Shown here: positions 36,927-36,982 of the stretch, piece by piece
Layout: each line of letters begins with the position of its first letter
How positions within the stretch are numbered: the first letter of the stretch is position 1
Assembly: GCA_018649885.1 (NCBI GenBank)
Contig: JABIHA010000112.1
Coordinates: forward strand, 62,001 to 98,982
From: Bacteriovoracaceae bacterium
Lineage (GTDB): Bacteria > Bdellovibrionota > Bacteriovoracia > Bacteriovoracales > Bacteriovoracaceae
Reading direction: 5' to 3'
Length of the DNA stretch: 36,982 nucleotides
The notes under the pieces: model-generated
The model's database searches: none
Seen by the model: the letters and a program-made list of their open reading frames with translations, nothing else
What the model was told of the DNA's origin: nothing
Position numbers and translations under genes: made by a program

Positions 36927-36982
36927 ATGCCTTGGAAGGAATCTTCGGTTATGAATGAAAGAATGAAATTCGTTATGAGAGC
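36927..36982 (+). CDS. IS481-family transposase, N-terminus (partial)
   Basis: Translates MPWKESSVMNERMKFVMR, a typical IS481-family 'MPWKE..VM.ER..FV' start; AAGGGGG RBS. Not in the supplied ORF track. Confidence 0.75.
   Translation, partial: MPWKESSVMNERMKFVMR

Larger units (their letters stand above)
36829..36982 (+). mobile_element. Left end of an IS481-family insertion sequence (truncated by window)
   Basis: TGT terminus at 36829, two 21-bp subterminal direct repeats, then the start of a transposase. Confidence 0.7.

Noticed and set aside
1..36982. CRISPR array, tRNA/rRNA, prophage or defence genes
   Set aside because: No regularly spaced repeats, cloverleaf structures or hallmark genes were seen.

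Overview
AT-rich bacterial chromosomal segment, mostly housekeeping genes. Gene content and order suggest a Bdellovibrionota (Bacteriovorax/Halobacteriovorax-like) genome; this is inference, not a database result. It carries smc-lolA, rimO, a heterodimeric ABC exporter, epmA, ftsY, zapA-ygfA-rny, a CASTOR/POLLUX-like channel, a type-2 valS, a Dus enzyme, a CNNM/hemolysin gene plus a cation:proton antiporter, and the left end of an IS481-family element at the right edge. The most interesting signals are non-coding. (1) A 167-nt rod hairpin directly upstream of valS: all non-canonical stem pairs are G-U on the + strand, with tandem G-A loops and a G(CUUG)C cap, suggesting an uncharacterised structured RNA or leader. 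(2) Two copies of a CTAG-bounded palindromic element, each starting on a gene's stop codon. (3) A 132-bp TA-flanked ERIC/MITE-like inverted repeat after rimO. (4) No room for 6S RNA at its usual zapA-ygfA site. (5) A sigma28-like promoter with a structured leader and uORF before the CNNM gene. (6) epmA lying antisense and overlapping both neighbours. All calls were made by eye; no searches or folding programs were run.
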